DNA of 64,000 bases, from contig CM059432.1 in NCBI GenBank assembly GCA_030390025.1, positions 121,026,001-121,090,000 on the forward strand. The letters run 5' to 3'. Position numbers and translations under genes: made by a program. Source of the stretch: Squalus acanthias (taxonomy: Eukaryota). The notes under the pieces are model-generated. The model was not told the origin of the DNA and did no database searches. It saw only the letters and a program-made list of their open reading frames with translations. Below, in pieces: positions 47,200 to 59,102 of the stretch. Numbering within the stretch: the stretch's first letter is position 1; each line of letters begins with the position of its first letter.

Positions 47200-48360
47200 A
47201 TGGGGGCTGCACTGATTGGGGGCGTCGTCCTGCTCCAGCTGAATCGGAGGATACAGAGACGCAGAGAGAGAGTGGCAATGATGGCCAGATGGAGGAGGGC
47301 CATCAGGCGTATGTACAGGAGAGCTTACCCTCCCAGGGTATATCGTGAACAGCTCTCCTACATCCATATGTCCGAGGAGCTGTGTTTGCGAAGGCTGCGA
47401 TTCAGCAAGGAGGTGGTCACTGAGCTCTGCCAACTGCTGCAGCCAGATCTGCAGCCTCAACTGAGGTCCAGGACATCTCTGTCGGTGGCAGTGAAGGTCA
47501 CAGTGGCTTTGAACTTTTACGCTACTGGCTCATTTCAAGCTGCTGCTGGGGACCTCGCCAATATCTCCCAGTTCGCGGTGCATTGCTGCATCCGGCAGGT
47601 CACAAATGCCCTCTTCAAAAGGAGACAAGAGTTCATCTCTTTCCCCATGACCCCAGACAAGCAGCGTGACCGCGCTCTGGGCTTTGCGAGGGTAGCGGGC
47701 TTCCCCATGGTGCAGGGCGCCATTGACTGCACGCATGTGGCTTTGCGTGCTCCGCATGAGAATGCCGAGGAATTCAGGAACAAAAAGGGGTTCCATTCCT
47801 TGAATGTCCAGTTGGTCTGTGACCACAGACAGCTGATACTCGCTGTCAATGCCCAGTATCCTGGCAGCTGCCACGATGCTTTTATCCTGCGCCAGACTAC
47901 TGTGGCAGAACTTTTCGAGGCACCGCATCAGCCAGTTGGTTGGCTTCTCGGGGACAAGGGGTATGCATTGAGCACCTGGCTGATGACACTGCTCCGTACG
48001 CCCAACACCCCTGCTGAGCTGCGGTACAATGAGAGCCATCAAGCTACCAGGAACATTATTGAGCGCACAATCGGCGTGCTGAAGCAACGGTTCCGCTGTC
48101 TGGACCATTCTGGAGGAGCCCTGCAGTACTCGCCTGAGCGAGTATCGAACTTCGTAGTCGTGTGCTGCATGTTGCATAACATGGCAATCCTCAGGACCCA
48201 GCCAATGCCACCAGGCCTTGGAGCACCACCAGAGGAGGAGGAGGAAGAGGAGGAAGAGGACGAGGACGATGATCATCAGCAGCACCAAGGCGGGAGGGCG
48301 GCCCACAATGGTCAAACTGCAAGGGCCGTCCGTCAACGGCTAATAGCAAGCCGCTTCTAG
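47200..48360 (+). CDS. Harbinger (HARBI1-like) DDE transposase, intact, 386 aa from the first ATG
   Basis: ALNFYATGSFQ, GAIDCTH, NKKGFHSLNVQLVCD, PGSCHDAFIL, LLGDKGY, IERTIGVLKQRFRCL and an acidic tail; no stops. Confidence 0.93.
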   Translation: MGAALIGGVVLLQLNRRIQRRRERVAMMARWRRAIRRMYRRAYPPRVYREQLSYIHMSEELCLRRLRFSKEVVTELCQLLQPDLQPQLRSRTSLSVAVKVTVALNFYATGSFQAAAGDLANISQFAVHCCIRQVTNALFKRRQEFISFPMTPDKQRDRALGFARVAGFPMVQGAIDCTHVALRAPHENAEEFRNKKGFHSLNVQLVCDHRQLILAVNAQYPGSCHDAFILRQTTVAELFEAPHQPVGWLLGDKGYALSTWLMTLLRTPNTPAELRYNESHQATRNIIERTIGVLKQRFRCLDHSGGALQYSPERVSNFVVVCCMLHNMAILRTQPMPPGLGAPPEEEEEEEEEDEDDDHQQHQGGRAAHNGQTARAVRQRLIASRF

Positions 48361-48654
48361 GGCCCCTGCCATTGCTAACAACATTAATGAACCCAGCACG
48401 CAACCCCTAAGCCGGCCAAGGCACCAATAATTCCAACCACCAACCATGTATATTTTGAATACAGAAACTTATTTATTTTACAAACTCTGTGTGTGTCAAT
48501 TCCTCATGACAAACTCATAGAAATAAACACAAAAAAACAGTCAATAACATAACTGGTTCTCACAACCTGGAGATAATGTCCAAAACACTAAACAAAAGTT
48601 GGACCATGAACCTCGACCTTTAATAAAAAAATGACCAGCATTTTGTCACACCTC

Positions 48655-50746
48655 CTACTTTTTGCCCTTCGAGGGTGATCTCCTTCCCTTGCGCACTTCC
48701 CCCCTTCTAACCCTACTGCTCCTCCGTAATGGGACCTCAGTGGCTGCAGCAAGGCTGGTGGAAGGCTGCTGCTCGTCAGACCCTGACACTGCAGATGCCC
48801 CTGAAGGACGGCCTCGACCAGTTCTGGGCCTGGAGGGCCCGGCTGCAGACTGCACCAACTCTGCATGGGCGGCAGCAGTCTGTCCTACAGGCGGTGGCAA
48901 GTGCAGTGGAGAAGTGACAGTGTTGGCAGCAGGAATGCTGTCATCGTGAGAGAGGACAGCAACTCCCTGCTCGCCCGACACACTGGCACTCCCACGGGGC
49001 AGCACTTCAGCATCCGGAGCAATCTGCCGGAGAACAGATTGCTGGCCTGCTGCGGCGCGGTGACAGCCCCGGGGACATGTGCACGAACCATCGAGGTTGG
49101 CAGCAGTCTGTGCTCACGTGGCCTCAATCTGAGTCTGTATGAGAGCAGTCAGAGATGGGATCACGGCAGCCAGTGACTGAATTGCAGCACTAAGCGTTAG
49201 TGTGGCATCTGCCTGTGCTACAGCGAAGTGCTCCACACTCCTTGCCAGTGACTCAATGCATTCGGGCACCCTTCCCACTGCACCCATGAGCTCAGTGTGC
49301 ATGCCCACCGCCTGGGTGTTCATTTCTGCGATCAGCCGCTCCTCCTCTGCGTCCATTGCAGTAGGAGTGTCTGGCATACTCTCCCTCTGGGGAGAATGCC
49401 CCCGTTCTTCCCTACCCCCCCATGGCGTTGCTGCAGCCCGCTGGGTCCTGGAGCTTCACCCTCATCAGACCCTTCCCCCCTGCTCCCCTCCAGGGAAGGC
49501 GTGTTCCCAGTGTGGGCATGGGCTTCCTCGGGAGAGGGTGGCACTGATGCTCCGGCTTACTCTTCCTCCTCAGCTGCAGCATCACTCCCAGTGGCAGCTT
49601 CAGGGCCCGTCTCCTCAGCTGGTGAATCACCATCTGAAAGCAGGGAGGTACAAGAGTGGCTTTAGCGTGAGGACAGGGTGGCAGTAAGGGAGGAATAAGT
49701 GCAGCGAGTTAGCAAGTTGGATTGAAAGTGTCAAAGGCTGGTGTTGTGAGGGACAAGTGGAAGGACAGAGGACAAAAAGGTGATGACCTTACCATTGCTG
49801 TCCAGAACGGGGTCGGCGTCTCCAGTGGCGACGGGACCGATCACCCGGCTTGCCACAATCCTGTGGACGCGCTCCTCCAGATCGCTGAGGGGTTGCAGCT
49901 GAGGCCGCCCTCCACCTGTCCGTTGCTGCTGTCTCCGATTATGCGCCAGCTTGGCCTGTAAGAAAAAGGACAGCATCTGAGTAAATATAAAGCCATGGTC
50001 TTGCCTGATGTGCCTCCCATAGGTGAATAGCCCTTACTGTATGCAGCCATGGTCTTGCCTGATGTGCCTCCCATAGGTGAATAGCCCTTACTGTATACAG
50101 CCATGGTGTTGCCTGATGTGCCTCCCATAGGTGAATAGCCCTTACTGTATACAGCCATGGTCTTGCCTGATGTGCCTCCCATAGGTGAATAGCCCTTACT
50201 GTATGCAGCCATGGTCTTGCCTGATGTGCCTCCCATAGGTGAATAGCCCTTACTGTATACAGCCATGGTGTTGCCTGATGTGCCTCCCATAGGTGAATAG
50301 CCCTTACTGTATACAGCCATGGTGTTGCCTGATGTGCCTCCCATAGGTGAATAGCCCTTACTGTATGCAAAGTGTGGAATGTGTGTGTGTGTTTGATGAA
50401 AGGGCCATAGGTGTTGGATGAGTGTTGTGCATTGGGGTTTTAAGACCCTCTGGCCATAGAGTGAGGTTGAGATGGAGGGATGGAGAGGTATTGAGAAAAA
50501 GCCACTCACCCTGACGACCCGAGTGAGGTAGTTGAACTTTTTGCGGCATTGAGTATGGGTCCTGGGCACCATGCTCCTGGAGGAGACGCTCTGAGCCACC
50601 TCCCTCCACACTCTTCTGAACTCGCGTGGCAAAGGCCTCCTGCCACTCTCAGGGAAAAGCATACATCTTCTGCGCTCCACCGCGCCAACCAGAGCATCCA
50701 AGGCCCGCTCGGTGAAGCGATGAGCGCGTTCTCTCACCCTCTCCAT
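48655..50746 (-). pseudogene. Harbinger Myb/SANT-like gene, 3 exons (50746-50510, 49955-49793, 49633-48655); exon 3 disrupted
   Basis: RFTERALDALV...VWREVA...RTHTQCRKKFNYL. GT-AG junctions in phases 0 and 1. Frameshift near 49415 and an in-frame TGA at 49114-49116. Confidence 0.82.
49991..50368. repeat. 54-bp tandem repeat, 7 copies, in Myb intron 1
   Basis: Unit AGCCATGGT(C/G)TTGCCTGATGTGCCTCCCATAGGTGAATAGCCCTTACTGTAT(G/A)C. Confidence 0.95.
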
Positions 50747-51784
50747 GCTTGGCAGCAAAATGGATTCACAGGTCTCTCCAGGCCGAGATTCAAGGCTGCA
50801 ATGAGCAGGGTGTGGCTGGGGAGCAAGTTGCCCGCCCCCGCTTTAAGAAGTGGCCGGCGCCAGTGTGTCTGTGTTCCCTCGCTAACTGGCAGCAGCTGCG
50901 CTGCGCTCGCGCGCTGAGTTAGCGCCTCACTCCTTGGCCTTTGCGCCTTAAGACAGGTGTGCAGCGCCTGATTTAGCGCTCCACTCACCTCCCGGGGCGG
51001 TAAAAGTGAAGTTTCCAGTCAGTGCCGATAATTAGCGCCAGGCGCTAATATATGCGTCCAGACGATATTTGCACCCCAAATGGGGCGCGACCTAATTTTT
51101 ACCCCCAAAGCTTTTCATTCTCTGGTGCTGACATCCACCACCTTGTGAAGATAAAGGCATCAGAAACCTAGGATCTGCTACTGGAAGATTAACTCCTGGC
51201 TGCCCATGGTCATTGATATTTACCCCCATCTCAAATTTTGGGAGACAGGTTCATTTAAATAGACAGGGTGGGTGGCTCAGGCCTGTGCAAACGCAATAGA
51301 GGTGCTCACCCCAACTGCCAGCTGGAAATAGAGGGAACAAGTGGCCATTGAAGGGGCACAGAATTAAGGTCCCCAAAATTTGGCTTCTCCCCACAGGAAT
51401 GAAATGGACAGATTGGAGAAGATAATCGATCCCTTCTGGGATCAATTACCTTTCTCTCAGGCAGTCTTTGGGCCTTTACCAGGCCCACAACAGAACTCAT
51501 ACCAGCTCTGATCTGCCATGAGTTCTGTTGGACCTCAGGAGAGTGTAATAGGCAGAATTCCCAGGAATTCCTGCAGCTGCAGCCCCAAAACAGTCTTTGG
51601 TTGTGGGGAGCTGGTGGTCGGAAGATTTGTCCATTCACATCCCAACCAGAATTTGGGCTAGAATTTACTTGGGGCAGAAATCTACTGGATCTGCAACTCA
51701 CTTCACTTCCACCCTCAAACCCCACCAGATTTTCAGTCCCAACAAATTTATCTATCGATATATAAAGAAAAGTCTTGCACCTAG

Positions 51785-52218
51785 CGATTGAGTAGATTGG
51801 AGCCTATACTCTCTGGAGTTTCAAAGAATGAGAGGTGATCTCATTGAAACATATAAGATTCTGAGGGGGATTGACAAGGTAGAGGCTGAGAGGTTGTTTC
51901 CCCTGGCTGGAGAGTCTAGAACTAGGGGGCATAGTCTCAGGATAAGGGGTCGGCCATTTAGGACTGAGATGAGGAGAAATTTCCTCACTCAGAGGGTTGG
52001 GAATCTTTGGAATTCTCTACCCCAGAGGGCTGTGGATGCTCCGTCGTTAAGTATATTCAAGGCTGAGATCGCTAGATTTTTGGACTCATGGGGAATCAAG
52101 GGATATGGGGAATCGGGCAGGAAAGTGGAGTTGATGTAGTTCAGCCATGATCTTATTGAATGGCGGAGCAGGCTCGAGGGGCCGTATGGCCTACTCCTGC
52201 TGCTGATTCTTATGTTCT
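51785..52218 (+). mobile_element. CR1 3' fragment
   Basis: MRGDLIETYKIL...NSLPQRAV, plus 3' stem-loop and tail. Confidence 0.88.
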
Positions 52219-54304
52219 AGCACACATCTGTTATGCTTCAGACGTCACCCTTCAACGTATTTACCTGCTAACCTGTAAACTTCTCTTTCCAACAGCAATT
52301 AACCTCTGAGTGACCTCAGCATGTCCAGCAATTAGCCTTTGTGATCTTAAAGGCCAGGCTAAGCACAGCTGTACCTTAACAGCAGAATCGTACATTGTGT
52401 ACTATATTGCTCCTGTTGTTATTAAAACAGCATAACATCTGACTTAGAAAGAGCAACATGGGGATCTGCTAGCTCATTAAAAAAGACTAATATATAATGT
52501 TTTATTGTTGATTGTTATATCAATTTCCCTGTTGATCTGAGTAAATAGCAGCAAATTGCCCGTCATCATAAAGTCAGACAATCAGATTTCCAGTGAGGTT
52601 CTCCTTACAGTTAATGACATTTGCCTACAAATAGTGGCAAAAGAGAAAAAAAATCAATTTTCTATTTAATGCTTGCTTGTTTCGATGCGATGATAGGAAT
52701 CATAATTAATAGTATAAATTAGACTCTATTGGGAAGATATTTCAATGAAACAATTATTTTTCTTTCAGCCTGTATTATTTCTAATCGTATTTGAAGAGCT
52801 ATAAACCAGAACAATCCTGTTAAGAAGCAATCCACACTTACTGCTGGGGAAAAGTGGGATTCATGAAGATGTCTGGTCAGAAACACACCTGCTAGGGGTG
52901 TTAATGGGTGTCTGCTTCACATAATTAGGGCTTGAACTTTAATTGCTTTTTGTAGCCAGTTTGTGTCTAATTTTCAGTTTTCATTTATGTACATTTTGAT
53001 AAAATTAAGCACATTTTATTTGGCAAATTGTTGTAAGGTATGAAACAAATTAATTGTGGCCCTTTTTATGTACAGATATCAATACTACTCTAGATTTGTT
53101 TAACTGTTACTTAAACAATATTCTTTAGCCTATATGCACAGCATGGATAATCCAGCACATCGGCTGCTGAGTCCCAACTCGATACACAATGAATTGTCAG
53201 TCTCAAATAGTCTGCCAAGGAGAGGCACAAATGGAGGTGGCATACTTTCCGCACAGGAAGGAGGGCAAAATTAGAGAGTGAGTCAACTCACTAACTGACT
53301 GATTCACTCACTCACAAATCTTGCAGCAGTGATGATTAACAGAGGGCTAGAAGCAGATGGACCACCTGCCCTTGTAGCTGAGGATGCCGCATAGTATGTG
53401 GTTGATGGTTGATAGAAGAATCTCAGCATTTGTCCAAGACCTTGAAATTATGCTGTGGGGGGCTGGTATATGAACAATTACCAGGCTGGTATTACAATCC
53501 TTAATCCTTATTTAACTATTTTAAAAATACCTGTTAGGAATGCACTGAAGATTCATATACAAATCTTCACACACCTTAATTTCAAGGCCTACATATGTTC
53601 ACTCTTAAAGAAGAGCACTTTAGCCAATAAAACTGCCTTGAAGACATTACTTAAAAAAATCAGAACTTATCAATGTTTGGTTTGAATCATTCAAAAATGT
53701 ATTAACTTAATTCCTGTCATTGAAAACTTTTCTTGATGCCAAAATAGAAAGCGGCATCAGCCGCTGCGTTTTCATGCTGTCTGCTCAGCAAGTGTCGAAG
53801 CTGCAGTTTGCTTCCTGACAACGTTAATGTAATTGAATCACTTACTAAATAATTTGTTCTGCTATTTACATGACTTTCTTCAGTTTGTCTGTCAGGGCTC
53901 CACTGTGATCCACATTGACGGAATCACACAAGACCCCCCCCCCCCCACCCCCCCCCCCCCCGCCCCCACCCCCCTCCTCTCCAGTTTAAAAGTTGTTATT
54001 AACAGGGACCTAAAAAGTATAAAACACTGGGGCCCTCTTTTCTGAGTGTTGCTTATTTTGATGCGGAGTTACTATCAAGTGAGAAATCAGGTTAGCGTTT
54101 GTTCTGATGGCTTTACTGACAAGTGGCAATGTTTGATGTGAATTTAACACAGATGCAAATGACACCTGATGGCAGCTTAAAAATATCCACTGAGCTAGTT
54201 ATTTGGGGTGAAATTCTCATATTCGTGGAATCAGAAAAAGATAAAAATCACACGACAGAAGGAGGCCATTCAGCCCTCTCACCCATGTTGCTGCTTGCTC
54301 TTTA

Positions 54305-54747
54305 GAAAGAAAAAGAAAGACTTGCATTTATATAGCGCCTTTCACGACCACCGGACATCCCAAAGCGTTTTACAGCCAATAAAGTACTTTGAGTGTAGTC
54401 ACTGTTGTAATGTGGGATACGCGGCAGCCTATTTGTGCACAGCAAGCTCCCACAAACAGCAATGTAATAATGACCAGATAATGTTTATGTTATGTTGATT
54501 GAGGGATAAATATTGGCCAGGACACCGGGGATAACTTCCCTGCTCTTCTTCAAAATAGTGCCACGGGATCTTTTACATTTAACGTCTCATCCGAAAGACG
54601 GCACCTCCGACAGTACAGCACTCCCTCAGCACTGCACTGGAGTGTCAGCCTAGCTTTATGTGCTCAAGTCCGTGGAGTGGGACTTGAACCCACAACCTTC
54701 TGACTCAGAGGTGAGGGTGCTACACATTGAGCCACAGCTGACACAGC
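54305..54747 (-). mobile_element. tRNA-derived SINE with L2-type tail (possibly Deu-domain class)
   Basis: Reverse strand has a box B GGTTCAAGTCCC (~54680-54691) and ends in ...GGCGCTATATAAATGCAAGTCTTTC. A partial copy lies at ~62090-62272 (+). Confidence 0.7.
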
Positions 54748-55393
54748 TGGTGTATCTGCACCAATCCCATCCCCCTGGCCTGTTCTCATCACCTTGTACT
54801 ACTCATCCTTTTTCAAATTCTGATTCCATTTTAAACAATATTATAGTCTCTGCCTGACCAGCAGCTTGTGGTGAAATGTTCAGGAGCAAGTACTTTTCCT
54901 AGGCAGCAGATTGAGGCCGGAGCCATTTCTGCCGATTTTTCACCAGAAAATCAATCCCCTGAATTGCTAATGAGATACCTTTTGTATGGCAGAGTACGGG
55001 AGGATGGAGGCTGCCATATTAGAGGCTTAGAAGGCCAGTTAGTGCCCATAAAACAGGCGCTGCGTGACCAAAATTCTAGGCCATTGTCTTGCAGTACTTT
55101 ATTTTACCCAAACTGCACAACTTCACATTTCTCTGCATTAAACTGCACATGCCACCTATCTGACCCCCATGTTAAGATATCTATGCCCTCCTACAATCTC
55201 CTGCACATTTCTTCACAGTTTACCATGCCCCATACTTTGCTATCAGCAGCAAACTCATTTATTTAAATGGGAAACAAAAGTGATCCTAGCACAGATTCCT
55301 GGGGCACACGACTATCCACATCCCATCAATCAAAAAGTACCCTTTCTTCCTACTGTTTGCTTCCCATCTCCTAGCTACCACTTTGTTCATGAC

Positions 55394-56290
55394 GACGAAC
55401 ACCTTGCTAAGGCCATCCCCACGCCTCCACTACTCGCCTTCAAGCAGCCGCATAACCTCAAAAGTACCATCGTTCGCAGCAGATTACCCATCTTTCAGGA
55501 GAACAGCAACCAAGACACCACACAACCCTGCCACGGCAACCTCTGCAAGACATGCCAAATCATGGACACAGATACCATCATCACACGTGAGGACACTACC
55601 ACCAGGTACACGGTACATACTCATGTGACTCGGCCAACGTTGTCTACCTGATACGTTGCAGTAAAGGATGCTCCAGAGCATGGTACATTGGCGAGACCAT
55701 GCAGACACTGAGACAACGTATGAACGGACACCGCGCAACAATCGCCAGGCAGGAGGGTTGCCTCCCAGTCGGGGAACACTTCAGCAGCCAGGGGCATTCA
55801 GCCTCGGATATGCGGGTAAGCGTTCTCCAAGGCGGCCTTCGAGATACACGACATCGCAAAATCATAGAGCAGAAACTGATAGCCAAGTTCCGCACTCATG
55901 AGGATGGCCTCAATCGCGATATCGGGTTTATGTCACGATACAGAACGTGACTTGACATCATGGCCAGTCTTCCCAGGTGTTTTTTTTTAAAAAGACTAAC
56001 ACAAGAACCTACACAGATTGACAGGATATGCAGCCAGCAGGTGGTTTGACACGTTGGACCCCCTGGGACACATCTCATTGTCTTGGCTGTGCTCTTAGGG
56101 AAAGATTTGAATATATTTTGTCTGTGTTTAAATTGTGAATTCTGGGAGATTCTCTCACTGCTAACTTACCTGACGAAGGAGCGAACTGTTCCGAAAGCTT
56201 GTAAAATTAAATAAATCTGTTGGACTATAACCTGGTGTTGTGCGACTTCTCATTTTTGTCCACCCCAGTCCAACGCCGGCATCTCCACTT
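55394..56290 (+). mobile_element. Penelope-like element 3' part (frameshifted GIY-YIG and pLTR) inserted in an old antisense CR1
   Basis: PLLAFKQPHNL...PCHGNLCKTC, then WYIGETMQTLRQRMNGHR...EQKLIAKFRTHEDGLN. TTCATGAC occurs on both flanks. Confidence 0.87.
56166..56204 (+). ncRNA. Minimal type I hammerhead ribozyme in the Penelope pLTR
   Basis: UUAC-CUGACGA-A-GGAGC(GAACU)GUUCC-GAAA-GC-UU-GUAA: core boxes, stem II, palindromic AAGCUU helix III, and stem I UUAC/GUAA. Confidence 0.7.
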
Positions 56291-58409
56291 CATGACAGCA
56301 GATTAGGTTAGAAATTATGCTAATTTCTATGATGCTCTCTTTAATACTGTGTGCCTTACTTTTCATAACAAACCTCTTATGTGACATTTTATCAAATGCC
56401 TTCTGAAAATCCAAATATACAACATCTACCACATCCCCTTTTTCAATAAAGTCTGTGAATTCCTTAACTCATTAAATTAAATTAGTCAAAGCATGACGTG
56501 ACTTTTAGAAATTCATATTGCAATGACCAGTTGTGTTATAAGCCACACAGGATCAGGCTTTATTGGTGCTGACACACTTAAGTCAATGCTTTTACTGCCA
56601 TTTGTTTTGTATCTTGGAACAAATTCCACAATTAAAATTAATATTTAAAAGTTACCCATCCATTACAAACATCAAGGTGCCATTTTAATCATATTTAACT
56701 ACATCTGTAGTTTGTGCATGGACAATCCTGATTGAATAACAGTGTATTAGTATGTTATTCTCAGTAGACACAGGGACACATTTTTTTTGGCAATATTGCT
56801 GCACAGCAAATAAATTATATTATTCAATGGCAAAATTCAGGCCAGCTTCTGAATGATAAAAATCGCAACACATATGGAAGAATATTTCAGAGACTGTGAG
56901 ATGTGTACACTGAAGGGCATAAGGATCAGGTTTCCTACCTGTGCTTGATGAAATGGGAATCAAGAACTGGGAAGGAGGAGGAAAAATGATACTGGATAAA
57001 GAAGTGACAAAAATAAACTGCAAAAATAATCAGTCTATGAGTTAGCCCAATGACAAATCAAGCCATAGGCAACATGTCCTCCTGCTTTTGGATAGTATAG
57101 TCACCAGGGTAGATCACAGACTGCTGATCCTGAGCTAGATTTTCCTCCTGTTTATTACCTAACATGTGGCAGATTCTGGACCGGCGGTGGAGGAATATTG
57201 GGTGCAAGAGGCCCAGCGCTGATTCCCTACTAGTCCAAAACCCCAATGCAGTGCTTGTCTGCCCCCACAGCGCCTGTCACAATTGTGGCTGGCCATGTGA
57301 AAATGAGATTCAAATGATCCACTGCTACCTGTAGACTTTCCCAAAAATTCAATGGTTGCATGAAGGAAGGATTTCTGGTTGCTCGGTGGCATTAGGCAGA
57401 AGTACTGGTGAAGATCTCCTTACTAGGATAATGTCCTTGGTCAAATATTGCTGCTGATTTATTTTTATTTTTAGGAGGGCTTTTTCTATAGAATCCATAG
57501 AACTTTACAGTACAGAAAGGAGGCCATTCGGCCAATCATGCCTCTTTGAAAGAGCTGTCCAATTTTAGTTCCACGTTCCATCTTTTTCCCCATAATCCTG
57601 CAAATTAGTCCCCTGCAAGTGCATGTCCAATTGCCTTTTGAAAGTTCCTTCAGCATCGCGGCTGGGGCTGTGGAGATGATTCGGGACCTCAACCATGAAG
57701 CACTTTCGACAAGTTGTGTGGCAATTATGGATTCCCCTGTAGCCATTTTACGAAGATGAGGAAGAGAAAAGTTTGAAAGGGAAGCAAGGTAAGCAGGCAG
57801 CCAAGGTGGTGCTTCAGGAAGAGGCTTCACGAGGAGAGCACACTGCCAGCTGCCAGGCATCTGAGGGTGTAGCTCTTCAGCGAAATCTTTCCTTAATTAA
57901 CATCGGGTCCAACTGTAATATTAGTCTTGCCTTCGTGGCCCCCTTTCAGCAACGACGTCAACTTGCTCATTTGCTGACATGTAGCTCTCCTCTGCAATTA
58001 CCAAGGCTCCCTTCGGGAAAAGATTCTGCTACTATTTCTTTCGCGCAGTCCCTCACCTTGCCTCAAATCATTCTGTACAAATCCAGTCAATGATAAAAGT
58101 GGCACAAATCTCTGTGTCTTCCTACTGTATTTTACCACTGTGCCTTCTCTTTATGCCTATAAATGCGTGTCCTTTCAATCCTAACCTCCTACATCTCCTC
58201 AATAAAGTCGCCTCATTTGCAATGATCAAATTGCTCATTTCCACTAGTTAAGGTGATATGTTTGAATAAATTCAATTAACATCCTCCTGGCAGACTGAAC
58301 TTACTGTAGCTGTTAACTTACAGCTCAGTGGAGCCATAAATGGTACATCCTCGGCTTGGAAGTAACTATGCAGCTATTTCCATAATCCAGAATAAAGTGC
58401 CTTTATGCC

Positions 58410-59070
58410 CTATAGTCCAAGATTAGGTTCCACTGTACTGGGGCGGGTTGCATGGGCAGGGGGGCAGAGCTTCGGATGAGGAACCTGGAATACTGGGTTT
58501 CCTCGCATACTGTGCAGTTTTAATTCCACAGCACGTGATCTTTGGCCCTGGCAGGTTCCTTGCCTGGATGTCAGCCTGATTGAGAGGCTTGGCTTCCAGT
58601 TGGGCGGGGAGCACTCTGGAGGAGGCCGCAGGATCAGGTAGGTCTGATCCCAAGGGAGGTCGGATCCCCAACCCCATGGTTGGGGGGGGGTCCAATCCTG
58701 GGGAGGGTTTGATCTGGTGTGGGGGGGGTGGGTGTTTGTATGGGTGGGGTGAGTTCTGATGGGGGGGAGCTTGGGGGGCCGGGAGGAAGCACTCTGCTCC
58801 TCCTGGCCAACATTCCTTCTCTCCAAGGCTATACTTGCCTCGCTGCAGCTGTTGGGTTTTCTGAAGCCTGGGAAACCCGGCCGGCCACAGTAAATCTTGA
58901 AAGGCAGGTTAAATCTGAGGCTTCCAGACTTATTAACATATTAAATATTGCCCGCTCCTTGTCCCGCCTCTGTAAAACCCGGAAGTCGACGGGTTGGCGC
59001 CGGCTTCCCGACACCCTCGGAATTTTGCCCATTTAACCCCCCACCCGCTCACCCATGTTAAAATTGTGTT
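58410..59070. mobile_element. Decayed MITE-like element
   Basis: GC-rich, with similarity to 25337-25976 (CCCGCCTC..AAAACCCGGAAGT..GTTAAAATT end). Boundaries uncertain. Confidence 0.45.
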
Positions 59071-59102
59071 TCAAAATGGTAGCTTGTCTAGCCAGCACTT
59101 AT

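Larger units (their letters stand above)
46693..51105. mobile_element. PIF/Harbinger transposon 2, full length and young
   Basis: Perfect 12-bp TIRs GGGGTAAAAATT / AATTTTTACCCC, TSD CAA (46690-46692 and 51106-51108), and convergent transposase and Myb-like genes. Confidence 0.95.

Noticed and set aside
47530..48336. 268-aa antisense ORF
   Set aside because: Shadow of the GC-rich transposase ORF, with no recognisable motifs.
47131..48360. Domesticated host HARBI1 gene
   Set aside because: The ORF lies within TIRs and a TSD alongside a Myb partner, so it is a transposon gene. The TTG start at 47131 is less likely than the ATG at 47200.
53934..53974. Poly-C tract (G-quadruplex potential on the minus strand)
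   Set aside because: Simple low-complexity sequence with no supporting context; the poly-Pro ORF is incidental.
57650..58090. Possible further Harbinger Myb remnant
   Set aside because: Too degenerate to support by translation or by TIRs.
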